The translations under genes were made by a program, and so were the position numbers. Of a stretch of 64,000 nucleotides of DNA, positions 49,363 to 60,103 are shown piece after piece; the first letter of the stretch is position 1; each line of letters opens with the position of its first letter. Location: contig CAVTZP010000007.1 of the NCBI GenBank assembly GCA_963739245.1, forward strand, positions 119,845 through 183,844, given 5' to 3'. This DNA comes from an uncultured delta proteobacterium (GTDB lineage: Bacteria; Chloroflexota; Dehalococcoidia; Dehalococcoidales; BS750m-G39). Under the pieces are notes generated by a model. That model was not told the DNA's origin, ran no database searches, and saw nothing but the letters and a program-made list of their open reading frames with translations.

Positions 49363-50178
49363 CTAGCCCTTGGGCGGTGGCTCCTCAATCTTAATCTTGC
49401 TCAGAGGCAATTCCACCCTTGCCTGGCTCTCCAGCTCAACCAATACGGTTTCCTTGAGCGGATTACCCCCCACTACAATAGCCACCCCTAAGGGGGTATT
49501 TACCCGTTGACCCTCCCTAGGCAATTTACCCTTCATGAGATGGTATTGCTCATTCTCATAGGCTAAGCAGCACAATAACCGACCGCAAACACCGGATATC
49601 TTCACCGGGTTAAGGGGTAAATCCTGCTCTTTAGCCATCTTGATAGAAACTGGAGACAGCTCGGCTAAGAAATTCATGCAACAAAGCGGGCGCCCACACC
49701 GCCCAAAGCCACCAACCAACTTGGCTTCGTCCCGAGGTCCGAGCTGGCGTAGCTCAACCTTTTTCTTAAAGCGGCTATTTAACTCCCGAACCAGCTCACG
49801 GAAGTCAACCCTCTCGGTAGCGCTGAAGAAAAAGGTAAGCCGACTGCCATCAAGATTGTACTCCGCACCCAGTAGCTTCATGGGCAACCCTAGTTTAGTT
49901 ATCAGCTTGGCACACTCAGCCAGAGCCTCAGTTTCCTTGGCTTCAAGTTCCTGAGCCCGCTTAATATCCTCCGCCTCTGCCTTGCGCACTACTGATTTCA
50001 ACTTCTTATCCACCTCGGTAGCCAAAACCTGTTTAGGAACAATCATTACCCTCCCCAGTTCCAGACCGCGAGCCGTCTTGACCACAACATAGTCATTTAC
50101 CTTCAGGTCAATATCGCTGGCATCAAAGTAATAGACCTTACCAGCTCTTTTGAAGCGTACGCCAACAATCTCAGCCAT
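49363..50178 (-). CDS. PSP1 domain protein (YaaT/RicT-like)
   Basis: MAEIVGVRFKRAGKVYYFDASDIDLKVNDYVVVKTARGLELGRV... plus the Cys cluster GRCGRPLCCMNFL...CGRLLCCLAYE. Confidence 0.8.
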   Translation of the reverse strand: MAEIVGVRFKRAGKVYYFDASDIDLKVNDYVVVKTARGLELGRVMIVPKQVLATEVDKKLKSVVRKAEAEDIKRAQELEAKETEALAECAKLITKLGLPMKLLGAEYNLDGSRLTFFFSATERVDFRELVRELNSRFKKKVELRQLGPRDEAKLVGGFGRCGRPLCCMNFLAELSPVSIKMAKEQDLPLNPVKISGVCGRLLCCLAYENEQYHLMKGKLPREGQRVNTPLGVAIVVGGNPLKETVLVELESQARVELPLSKIKIEEPPPKG

Positions 50179-50181
50179 AAT

Positions 50182-51180
50182 CTAACCACCATTCCCTACC
50201 GGAATACTAAGCATCAGCACCTCAAACACGAGCCGCGGATTGGCATTCTGCCTGAGCTGTTCCCCGGTCGCCTGAATGCCATTGATAACCGCCCTTATCT
50301 GAGCCAGATGGTAACCCCTAGCCATATCAACCAGCATGGCTTCATGGTCAATATTGGTGACGCCGCCGCTGGAGCCGAGCTTGACCAGCAATAGGTCGCG
50401 CCACCAGTCAAGCCATAAATCCAATATTTCCTGAACCCGCCCCCGGCTTTGACTGAACCAGGCTACCAGTTGGGTAACATAATTAAAACGCGCTTCATAA
50501 TCACCGCTTAAAATATTAAGCAACCCCTCTACCCTTTCCGCTCGCCGCTGAAGTAAACTATCATCAAAAGCCGCCGATACTGCCCAACCCAGACAGCCAT
50601 GACAAAGCCGAGCCAGAAGCCCCGCCCTCTGCTGCTCAACACCCCAACGCTGGCTAAGAACATCCTCTACCTGGGAGGTAGGCAGGGGGGGTAACTCCAG
50701 CCGCTGACAGCGAGAAACCACAGTAGCTGGCAGCACTGCATCACTGGTGGTCAGCAGAATAAAGATTACCCCAGCCGCCGGTTCTTCCAAGGTCTTAAGC
50801 AGGCAGTTGGCGGCTTCGGTTGACATGAGCTCAGCGTGGTCAATAATAAATACCTTATACCTGCCCTCAAATGGCGGCAGGTTAGAGGAGTGCTGCATCT
50901 GCCTAATCTGGTCAATGCCAATTTCAACTGAGTCGCCGGAGTTCAAGCCTATAATCTGGACATCGGCATGCCGGCCCGCAGCTATTTTCTGACAGGAATC
51001 ACATAGACCACAGGGTGGGTCAACTGCCTGGCAGTTCAATGCCTGAGCCAGGTTTAGCGCCAAGGTCATCTTGCCCACATGGGGGGGACCAATCATAAGA
51101 TAGGCATGAGCTATAGACTCCTGCTCCAAGCTACGCTGGAGTAGGTTAACCACCCTAGATTGCCCCACTACCTGCCACAA
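50182..51180 (-). CDS. holB: DNA polymerase III delta-prime subunit
   Basis: HAYLMIGPPHVGKMTLALNLAQALNC...CGLCDSCQKI...KVFIIDHAELMSTEAANCLLKTLEEP. Confidence 0.85.
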   Translation of the reverse strand: MWQVVGQSRVVNLLQRSLEQESIAHAYLMIGPPHVGKMTLALNLAQALNCQAVDPPCGLCDSCQKIAAGRHADVQIIGLNSGDSVEIGIDQIRQMQHSSNLPPFEGRYKVFIIDHAELMSTEAANCLLKTLEEPAAGVIFILLTTSDAVLPATVVSRCQRLELPPLPTSQVEDVLSQRWGVEQQRAGLLARLCHGCLGWAVSAAFDDSLLQRRAERVEGLLNILSGDYEARFNYVTQLVAWFSQSRGRVQEILDLWLDWWRDLLLVKLGSSGGVTNIDHEAMLVDMARGYHLAQIRAVINGIQATGEQLRQNANPRLVFEVLMLSIPVGNGG

Positions 51181-51195
51181 ATATAACCTCCTGAC

Positions 51196-52500
51196 CTAAA
51201 CTAAGTCACACCTAACTAGGTCATCAAAGGTCTCCCGGCGCCGAACCAGACGCGCCTTGCCTTCCCTGACCAAAACAATGGCTGGCTTGAGCGAGGCGTT
51301 ATAGTTGCTCCCCAGCGGCAGGCAATAGGCACCACAATCAGCTACCGCGATAATATCCCCAGCCGAAACCGGAGGTAGAGCAATATTCTCGATTAGTACG
51401 TCCCCGGATTCACAAAACTTGCCAGCAATGGTAACCCTGCCCACCTCCCCCTCCGACATCTTATTGGCAACCACTGCCTCATGCTTAGCCCCATAAAGGG
51501 CAGGGCGAACATTATCCGCCATGCCCCCATCTACTGAGACATAGCACCTGACCCCGGGTATGTCCTTCACCACCCCTACCCGGTATAACGCCACCCCAGC
51601 CTGTCCCACTATCGACCTCCCCGGCTCAACCACCAGCCGTGGCAACGCCAGGCCCAGCTCCTGGCACTCACTAGTAACCCGGGACACTATCGCCTGAGCA
51701 TAGGTGGAGATGGGTGGGGCGGGAGAACCCACCGCATATTGAATGGCAAAACCACCACCAACATTTAGCTCCCTCATCTCAAAACCATTTTTTCGCTTCA
51801 TCGCCGCAGCAAAGCCAAGTATAACATCAATAGCCTGCTGATACGGCTCAATCTCAAAGATGCCGGAGCCGATGTGGAAGTGCAAACCTACCGGGTTAAG
51901 ATTGGGCGCGGCAATGGCCTGAGCCACCGCCTCATCCCCACTTAGTAGCGGGAAACCAAACTTGGTGTCAACAGCACCGGTAACATTATATTTATGAGTC
52001 TGAGCCATCACCCCGGGAGAAAGCCGTAACAGTATATCGGCTTTATTGCCCCGCTCCCCGGCGATTTCATTTAACATGGTAAGCTCGGAAAAGTTGTCCA
52101 CCACGATACGACCGATGCCCCACTCCAGAGCCAGCTTCAGTTCCTCGGCTGACTTGTTATTACCGTGGAAATAGACCCTATCCGGCGGAAAATCAACGGA
52201 GCGGGCAATACTAATCTCCCCACCAGAGACAACATCCAGCCCCAGCCCCTCCTCCTTGAAGATAATGGCTAAAGCCTTATTTATAAAGGCTTTACTGGCA
52301 TAGATAACCATGCTGTCAGCATAGCGCTGGCTAAACTCATGCTTGAATTCGCCACATCTCTGACGCAAACTACTTTCATCAAAGACATACAGCGGCGTGC
52401 CAAACTCAGCGGCTAACTCCACAGCATCACAGCCACCGATAACCAGGTGACCCTTATTACTAACCTCAGCGGTTAATGGAAAAAGAGAAATTCTGGACAT
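51196..52500 (-). CDS. lysA: diaminopimelate decarboxylase
   Basis: GTPLYVFDES..., YASKAF (PLP Lys), HFHIGSG, GGGF, and CESGD near the C-terminus. Confidence 0.9.
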   Translation of the reverse strand: MSRISLFPLTAEVSNKGHLVIGGCDAVELAAEFGTPLYVFDESSLRQRCGEFKHEFSQRYADSMVIYASKAFINKALAIIFKEEGLGLDVVSGGEISIARSVDFPPDRVYFHGNNKSAEELKLALEWGIGRIVVDNFSELTMLNEIAGERGNKADILLRLSPGVMAQTHKYNVTGAVDTKFGFPLLSGDEAVAQAIAAPNLNPVGLHFHIGSGIFEIEPYQQAIDVILGFAAAMKRKNGFEMRELNVGGGFAIQYAVGSPAPPISTYAQAIVSRVTSECQELGLALPRLVVEPGRSIVGQAGVALYRVGVVKDIPGVRCYVSVDGGMADNVRPALYGAKHEAVVANKMSEGEVGRVTIAGKFCESGDVLIENIALPPVSAGDIIAVADCGAYCLPLGSNYNASLKPAIVLVREGKARLVRRRETFDDLVRCDLV

Positions 52501-52559
52501 TACTTACCAGATACTCCTATCTAATATAGTATAGGTTGAAAGCGCTGAATTTAACACCC

Positions 52560-52733
52560 TCAGATACGATGGCTTTGCACCGCCTCCCTTACCCTCCTTA
52601 ACTCTAAGAGTATCTCCTTTAGCAGCAAAAGCTCGAGCCGTCGAGAATCTACCGTGCTTGCCAGCTTCGCCCACTTCTTACGATTACCTACGGGAATATA
52701 ATCCTCCAACAAACCTATAATATCCTCTGACAT
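52560..52733 (-). CDS. small hypothetical protein
   Basis: From ATG 52733: MSEDIIGLLEDYIPVGNRKKWAKLASTVDSRRLELLLLKEILLELRRVREAVQSHRI. No family was recognised. Confidence 0.35.
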   Translation of the reverse strand: MSEDIIGLLEDYIPVGNRKKWAKLASTVDSRRLELLLLKEILLELRRVREAVQSHRI

Positions 52734-52784
52734 AAGCAGCTCCTTTCTCTGCCTTTTCCCCACCCGCACTATAAGCCAGGGAAG

Positions 52785-53462
52785 CTAGTAGATAAAGGTA
52801 ATTCCTACTGATACCGCCGTGGGAATTGCCGCAGCGTTACAACCCCTATAAATAGGGTACATCTTCCAGCCCAGCTTCATAAACAGGTCACAGACATCAA
52901 TGCCCACCCCTTCCATTGATGGGCGAGCCCTTAATATATTTTGGCAACGTCCGCTATCCAGCATATAGCAGAGCCCGCCATTGCATAATGTATCCCGACA
53001 ACCACCAGCGCCAAAGCCCATGGCAAAGCGATAGCCATCAGCAAAGGCCAAGACTTCAATCTTAGCGGCAATCTCACCGGCTTTTCCTTGATAAGCTCTC
53101 CCATGAGGGTAGTATCGGCTAATATCAGCAAAATCTTTAACCGGACTATCAATGGCGAATAGTATTGCCCAGTTGAACCGACTAAATGCCTTACGCATAA
53201 ACTCTGGTTCAGGAGTATAGGGTGGGCAGTAGCCACACCGATTATAGTTAGGACAGGGAGGAATAGAGCATTTAAGCCTTACCCTCTCATCCACCTCCAC
53301 CCACTGAGCAGGTATAACCTCAGCGCGCGAGGCTCCGAGCTCTATAGCCTTTTGTTGATAATTTCCCAGGTCTGCTTTTAAGGTTTTCTCGGAAACCTGC
53401 GCACAAATTAGCCTTGCTGTGCCACTTCCAGCTTCCACCGTTTTACCCCTTTTCTGAAACAC
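52785..53462 (-). CDS. DUF2284 metal-binding protein
   Basis: CSIPPCPNYNRCGYCPPYTP and a later Cys cluster (GAGGCRDTLCNGGLC) are typical of DUF2284. Confidence 0.6.
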   Translation of the reverse strand: MFQKRGKTVEAGSGTARLICAQVSEKTLKADLGNYQQKAIELGASRAEVIPAQWVEVDERVRLKCSIPPCPNYNRCGYCPPYTPEPEFMRKAFSRFNWAILFAIDSPVKDFADISRYYPHGRAYQGKAGEIAAKIEVLAFADGYRFAMGFGAGGCRDTLCNGGLCYMLDSGRCQNILRARPSMEGVGIDVCDLFMKLGWKMYPIYRGCNAAAIPTAVSVGITFIY

Positions 53463-53541
53463 CTACCGGAGGCAGAATTCTGAGTCCTTATTAAAACCCC
53501 ATTCAATGTTAGCAGTGCCAGCTAGCTAAGTCAATTTGCCG

Positions 53542-55107
53542 CTAATCCCTTAGCTTGTAGCGCTCTATCTTGCCGGTGCTAGTCTTGGGAAGGTCTTTAA
53601 CGAACTCTATCCACCTGGGGTACTTATAAGCTGCTATGTTCTTCTTGACAAACGCTTGAATATCGCTGGACAGTTCCTCGGATGGCTGGTAGCCCTTTTT
53701 CAGCACTATGTACGCCTTAGGCTTAACCAGGTTATGCTCGTCTTTCTTAGCCACTACCGCCACCTCAAGCACCGCCGGATGGGAAACCAGGGCGTCTTCA
53801 ACCTCAATGGGGGAGACCCATATGCCACCCACCTTGAGCATGTCATCACCCCGCCCGCAGTAATAGTAGTAACCTTCGGCATCCCGATAATACTTATCTC
53901 CGGTGTCAAACCACTCGCCCAGCATAGAAGTTTTGGTCTTGTCGTGATGGCGATAGTAATAAGCGGCTATTGATTCCCCCTCCACCTGCAGAGTGCCAAC
54001 CTCACCATCAGGCACTTCGTTGCCCTTATCATCGACAATCCTAGCCTGATATCCCGGGACTATCTTACCCGAGCTTCCCGGTTTGACATCGCCGGGGCGA
54101 TTGGAAATAAAAATGTGCAACAGCTCTGTTGAGCCTATACCATCCAGGATTTCCAGCCCAAACCTCTCCTTCCACTCATAAAAGATTTCTTTTGGTAGAG
54201 CCTCACCGGCTGAGGTACAGATACGCAGGGAGGAAAGGTCGTACTTTTTCTCAGCGTCTTTTACCTCCAGCATATTGGCGTATAGCGTTGGTACACCAAA
54301 AAACACCGTAGGGTGATAGCGGTTAATGGTTGAGAATATGGTTTCCGGCCGAGGTCGGTCAGAGAGCAGAACTACCGACCCGCCGACAGCTAAGGGATAG
54401 AAGAAGCTGTTACCCAATCCGTAAGCAAAGAAGAACTTTGATGCCGAGAAGAGTACATCGTCCTGGTTAATGCCCAAGATACCTTTGGCATAGCTGTCAA
54501 TGCAACTGAAGACATCGTGCTGAAGGTGAACAGCCGCCTTGGGGACACCGGTACTGCCGGAGGTATAGTTCCAGAAAGCGGCATCCTCAAAGGTGGTATA
54601 AGCCACGTCAAGTTTATCGGAACAACGGTCGACGATATCATGGAAGGAGATGTGATAAGCCCTTGTTTTCTCGCCGACGATGATAGTGTTTTCCAGATAG
54701 AGAAGTTTCTCCTTAAAGCCCTCAATCTCCTCAATAAAATCGGCGTCGGCGATAAGGGTTCGTGCCCGACTGTTATTCAGCAGATAGCGATAGTCGTGCA
54801 TGGTATACATGTAGTTGACTGGCACCGGAATAGCGCCGATTTTTATGGCGCCGTAGAAGCTGACCATAGCTTCAGGGGAATCGTACATCACCAGCATTAC
54901 CCGCTCTTCCATATGCACTCCGAGAATTTTTAGCGCATTCCCCACCTTGTTTATCAGGCTCTGCATCTCAGCATAGGTATAGGTCTTATCCTGATAGTAT
55001 ACCGCCACCTTATCCCCCAACCCCTTTTCCACCATCTCATCGACAAGTTTCGTGGTTATGTTGTAATACTGGGGAATATAGCCCTGATATTTGTAAGGTC
55101 TTTCCAT
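53542..55107 (-). CDS. AMP-dependent acyl/aryl-CoA ligase (benzoate-CoA ligase-like family)
   Basis: WNYTSGSTGVPKAAVH (AMP-binding motif I), FFAYGLGNS, and GEWFDTGDKYYRDAEGYYYYCGRGDDMLKVGG; the C-terminus reads PKTSTGKIERYKLR. ATG 55107 follows AGGTGG. Confidence 0.8.
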   Translation of the reverse strand: MERPYKYQGYIPQYYNITTKLVDEMVEKGLGDKVAVYYQDKTYTYAEMQSLINKVGNALKILGVHMEERVMLVMYDSPEAMVSFYGAIKIGAIPVPVNYMYTMHDYRYLLNNSRARTLIADADFIEEIEGFKEKLLYLENTIIVGEKTRAYHISFHDIVDRCSDKLDVAYTTFEDAAFWNYTSGSTGVPKAAVHLQHDVFSCIDSYAKGILGINQDDVLFSASKFFFAYGLGNSFFYPLAVGGSVVLLSDRPRPETIFSTINRYHPTVFFGVPTLYANMLEVKDAEKKYDLSSLRICTSAGEALPKEIFYEWKERFGLEILDGIGSTELLHIFISNRPGDVKPGSSGKIVPGYQARIVDDKGNEVPDGEVGTLQVEGESIAAYYYRHHDKTKTSMLGEWFDTGDKYYRDAEGYYYYCGRGDDMLKVGGIWVSPIEVEDALVSHPAVLEVAVVAKKDEHNLVKPKAYIVLKKGYQPSEELSSDIQAFVKKNIAAYKYPRWIEFVKDLPKTSTGKIERYKLRD

Positions 55108-55195
55108 CTTGACCACCTACCCCGATGCTCTTTTTTATTTCCTTATTTAGTTTATAATATCTGCTCCTTTTTTACAAAAGAGCCAGCTCAACACC

Positions 55196-55400
55196 CTCAC
55201 CCCCTTAATCCCCCTCTCCCTTAAGGGAGAGGGGGAGGAGAATCAAAAAAAGAGGGGCGAAGCCCCTCTTAAACACCCCAGTTGAAACGAGGGGGTAGGG
55301 ATACAACCCTCCTCTAATAAAGTGAGAGATTGAGGGGCAAAGCCTCAGAGGGCGGGAGGGTGGGAAAAAGAAGTTTAGTGGGGAGGAGGTTGGGGGTAAA
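55196..55400 (+). repeat. intergenic repeat, copy A (full composite: double-hairpin module plus G-rich core module)
   Basis: Hairpin 1 is ccccctctcc-cttaag-ggagaggggg (55210-55235). Hairpin 2 is gaggggc-gaa-gcccctc (55252-55268). The core at 55269-55373 is shared with 31158-31262. Confidence 0.85.
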
Positions 55401-55411
55401 GTTCTATTAAA

Positions 55412-55441
55412 TTGACACCCCATTGGGCAGACCGTTAGAAT
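55412..55441 (+). promoter_or_regulatory. sigma-70-type promoter TTGACA-18-TAGAAT for the M16 peptidase gene
   Basis: TTGACA at 55412-55417 and TAGAAT at 55436-55441, about 30 nt upstream of the TTG start. Confidence 0.5.
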
Positions 55442-55471
55442 ATCATTCAACCCTGATTAAAGAGGCAAAAT

Positions 55472-56734
55472 TTGTATCAGAAGACCACTCTAGATAATGG
55501 ATTGCGTGTTATCACCGCCGAGATGCCCCACACCCGCTCGGTATCTATCTGCATCTTTATTGGCGGCGGCTCCAGATACGAGACTGAGCCACAGGCTGGC
55601 ATCTCACACTTTATTGAGCACCTCTGCTTTAAGGGTACTCAAAAGCGCTCCACCGCCAAGAAAATCTCCGAGGCAATAGAGGGGGTGGGGGGAATCATCA
55701 ACGGGGGCACCGATAAGGAACTGACCCTTTACTGGTGCAAGGTGGCTCAACCCCATTTCCCCCTAGCCCTGGATGTACTGGCGGACATGCTGCTCCACTC
55801 CAAGTTTAACCCCAAGGATATAGAAAGCGAGCGCAAGGTTATCTTTGAAGAGATTAATATGGAAAGGGATTCCCCGCAGCAGCTGGTTGACCTGCTCATT
55901 GATGAGCTTTTATGGCCAGGCCATCCCCTGGGAAGGGATATCGCTGGGAGCAAGCAGTCAGTGGCGGCCATTACTCGGGAGACGATGCTTGACTACCTGG
56001 CGCATCAGTATCTACCCAGCAACACTGTGGTCGCTATTGCCGGTGCTGGCCAGCACCAGGAGATATTAGCCGCTGTCGTCCAGGCCCTGGGTGACTGGGC
56101 TAACCTTACCCCTCACCCCGGATATTCACCATATAAAGAGCAAAAATTCCCGCGGCTACATATTGAGACGAAGGACACGGAGCAAGCCCACCTTTGCCTG
56201 GGACTAAGCGGGTTGTCCCTACTTCACCCCAAGCGTTTTACCCTTGACCTGCTTAATGTTATCCTCGGGGAGGGCATGAGCAGCCGCCTGTTTACGGAGA
56301 TTCGCGACCGGCTCGGGCTTGCCTATAGCATCCACAGCTTTGTCGACCACTTCCTTGACACTGGTTCAATTATCATCTACGCCGGCGTGGAACCCAAAAA
56401 CCTCCAACTAGCCATCACCGCTACCCTGGAACAACTTTCCCGACTCAAGGAGATAGTCCCCAAGGCTGAATTATCTAAGGCTAAGGAACTGTCAAAGGGT
56501 CGCTTACTGCTTCGCATGGAGGATAGCCGCAGTGTTGCCGGATGGGCGGGAGCACAGGAGATCCTTACCGGGCAAATCCTCAGCGTTGACCAGCTAATGT
56601 CCATTATTGACGGCATTAGCGCTGAAGAGCTCAGGCAATTAGCCCACGAGCTGCTCCTGTCAAGCCAGCTCCGCCTGGCAGTAGTTGGTCCGGTGGCTAA
56701 AGACGAGCCCTTAGATAAGCTGCTTAAGCTCTAG
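55472..56734 (+). CDS. M16 family zinc peptidase (pitrilysin/insulinase-like)
   Basis: GISHFIEHLCFKGT (inverted HxxEH zinc motif) with a downstream E residue region. 420 aa. Confidence 0.85.
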   Translation: MYQKTTLDNGLRVITAEMPHTRSVSICIFIGGGSRYETEPQAGISHFIEHLCFKGTQKRSTAKKISEAIEGVGGIINGGTDKELTLYWCKVAQPHFPLALDVLADMLLHSKFNPKDIESERKVIFEEINMERDSPQQLVDLLIDELLWPGHPLGRDIAGSKQSVAAITRETMLDYLAHQYLPSNTVVAIAGAGQHQEILAAVVQALGDWANLTPHPGYSPYKEQKFPRLHIETKDTEQAHLCLGLSGLSLLHPKRFTLDLLNVILGEGMSSRLFTEIRDRLGLAYSIHSFVDHFLDTGSIIIYAGVEPKNLQLAITATLEQLSRLKEIVPKAELSKAKELSKGRLLLRMEDSRSVAGWAGAQEILTGQILSVDQLMSIIDGISAEELRQLAHELLLSSQLRLAVVGPVAKDEPLDKLLKL

Positions 56735-56738
56735 CAAT

Positions 56739-56771
56739 AAAAAGCCGTGGCTTTAGAACCACGGCTTTTTT
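56739..56771. terminator. bidirectional intrinsic terminator between the M16 peptidase gene and groEL
   Basis: AAAAA-GCCGTGG-CTTTAGAA-CCACGGC-TTTTTT is a perfect 7-bp GC-rich stem flanked by A5 and T6. Confidence 0.8.
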
Positions 56772-56787
56772 AAATTAGCCCAGTGAT

Positions 56788-58416
<1,629 letters not shown>

Positions 58417-58440
58417 TTAAATCCTTAATTGTTAGCCCCC

Positions 58441-58785
58441 TTATTTCCTTGGGTATACTGTTTTCGGTCTGTCGCTCTCTGCTTTTTCATGCTTACCCTT
58501 TTTGGCTAGAATGTCACCCTCGCGCAGGATTATAACTTCCTCACCCTCAACCTTATACTCCGTGCCACCATACTTAGCATAGATTACTATATCACCTACC
58601 TGAACATCCATAGCTATCCGCTTTCCATCCTCAGATAGCCGACCCGGACCAACCGCCAATACCTCCCCCTCCTGGGGCTTCTCCTTGGCGGTATCGGGAA
58701 GGACAATCCCCCCTTTGGTCACCTCCTCCCGCTCAATAGGCTTAACTACTAGCCGGTCACCTAACGGCTGAAGCTTAAATGCCAT
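58441..58785 (-). CDS. groS: co-chaperonin GroES (the apparent ~20-aa C-terminal extension may be an indel artefact)
   Basis: [48 protein letters not shown]...[27 protein letters not shown]. One extra A in the A5 run would give ...ILAKKG*. Confidence 0.9.
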   Translation of the reverse strand: MAFKLQPLGDRLVVKPIEREEVTKGGIVLPDTAKEKPQEGEVLAVGPGRLSEDGKRIAMDVQVGDIVIYAKYGGTEYKVEGEEVIILREGDILAKKGKHEKAESDRPKTVYPRK

Positions 58786-58824
58786 TTCCATCCTCCTTCT
58801 TCAATTCAATAACCTCGCTTCATT

Positions 58825-58851
58825 TTAGCACTCTCAGACGAAGAGTGCTAA
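58825..58851. promoter_or_regulatory. CIRCE operator (HrcA binding site) upstream of groES-groEL
   Basis: TTAGCACTC-tcagacgaa-GAGTGCTAA is a perfect match to the consensus TTAGCACTC-N9-GAGTGCTAA. Confidence 0.9.
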
Positions 58852-58856
58852 CGTCT

Positions 58857-58885
58857 ATCATAGCGCACATCGGCCTAAGTCGCAA
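58857..58885 (-). promoter_or_regulatory. sigma-70-type promoter TTGCGA-17-TATGAT for groES-groEL, 5 nt upstream of CIRCE
   Basis: On the minus strand, TTGCGA is at 58885-58880 and TATGAT at 58862-58857. Confidence 0.6.
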
Positions 58886-59000
58886 CTCAATAGGCAGCTA
58901 TTTGTGGTCAACCCAAGTCACTAGCAGGCATTTATAGCCAATAATTGCCCCTTTTCTTCCCAAATAGCACTACCCTATCTCTTCCTCAAGGGTATGCCCG

Positions 59001-59973
59001 CTAAGCCAGCTTGAGACTGGGAAACACATCCAGGTCCAAGCCGCTAGTCTTGCCTGCCTTGAGCCGGTAATAACCGCAGGCGGCAATCATGGCGGCGTTA
59101 TCGGTGCACAATATCGGCTTGGGAACCAGGACAGGGAGGGGGGAATTTTCCCGCCAGCCTTTTCCGAAGTAGCTCATTGGCGGCCACCCCACCCGCCAGC
59201 AGAATCTGCTTCACCCGCCGCTCCTTAGCCACCGCCACCGTTTTGGTAACCAGGACATCAATCACCGCCTCCTGAAAACTGGCCGCGCCGTCAGCCGCCG
59301 ATGAAATCTTCCCCGCCTCAACCAGCCGTAGCAGTGCCGTCTTAACCCCACTAAAGCTGAAGTCGCTGCTCCCCTTCAGCCAGGCACGGGGTAGCTGAAT
59401 AGAGACTGTACCCCCCTTTGCCGCCCGCTCAATAGCCGGACCGCCGGGATAACCCAAATCCAGTACTCTGGCGGCTTTGTCAAAGGCTTCACCGGCAGCG
59501 TCGTCCCGGGTTCGCCCCAGTACCACATAATCCCCATGCCCCCGCATCAAGACCAAATCGCTATGTCCCCCGGAAACAATAAGACAAACCACCGGGAATT
59601 CTATGCCATGGTTATCCAGCCAGTTGGCATAGATATGACCCTCAAGGTGATTAACCCCGCTAATCGGCAAGCCATGAGCCATGGCAACAGCCTTAGCCGC
59701 ATTCACCCCCACCAGCAATGAGCCAGCCAGACCCGGCCCAATAGTCACCGCAATACCAGATAGGTCTTCCCACCTAGTCTCAGCCATTGCCTGCTCTAGT
59801 ATCGGGATAATGGACAGGATATGCTGGCGGGAGGCGACCTCGGGAACGACCCCGCCATAGCGAGCATGGATTTCCACCTGAGAGGCAATCTGGTTGGACA
59901 GAATTTTTGTCCCGTCTTCCACCACCGCCGCCGCCGTTTCATCGCAAGAGGTCTCAATACCCAGGATTTTCAT
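59001..59973 (-). pseudogene. tsaD: tRNA N6-adenosine threonylcarbamoyltransferase TsaD, one frameshift near 59130-59190
   Basis: [18 protein letters not shown]...GVNHLEGHI...VSGGHS (59098-59973). The C-terminus [21 protein letters not shown] is in another frame (59001-59192). A run of six C on the minus strand (G6 on the plus strand) lies at the junction. Confidence 0.85.
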
Positions 59974-60008
59974 AGCATAGAATTATAGCATAGATTAAGT
60001 TTATTAAC

Positions 60009-60093
60009 CCCATCCCCTTTATCCCCTTCCCCTTAATAAGAGGAAGGGGAGGTAATAGAAAGAGGGGGCTAGCGCCCCCTCTAAACTCCCCTG
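60009..60093 (+). repeat. intergenic repeat, copy C (double-hairpin module, same orientation as copy A)
   Basis: Hairpins are ccccttcc-ccttaataag-aggaagggg and agagggggc-tagc-gccccctct, followed by ctaaactcccc. Stem changes relative to copy A are compensatory. Confidence 0.8.
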
Positions 60094-60103
60094 TATTTGC
60101 TTA

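Noticed and set aside
55205-55450. 81-aa ORF (…PLSLKGEGD) and the N-terminal 53 aa of ORF 60767-61570 (…SPSPLKERGIKGV…)
   Set aside because: These are translations of the hairpin repeat elements and a promoter region. The same DNA occurs in both orientations in non-coding contexts.
58441-58500. A ~20-aa C-terminal extension of GroES ([20 protein letters not shown]) as a novel feature
   Set aside because: One extra A in the A5 run at the end of ...ILAK would give ILAKKG-stop at the canonical GroES length. Given the other indel problems in this sequence, an artefact is more likely.
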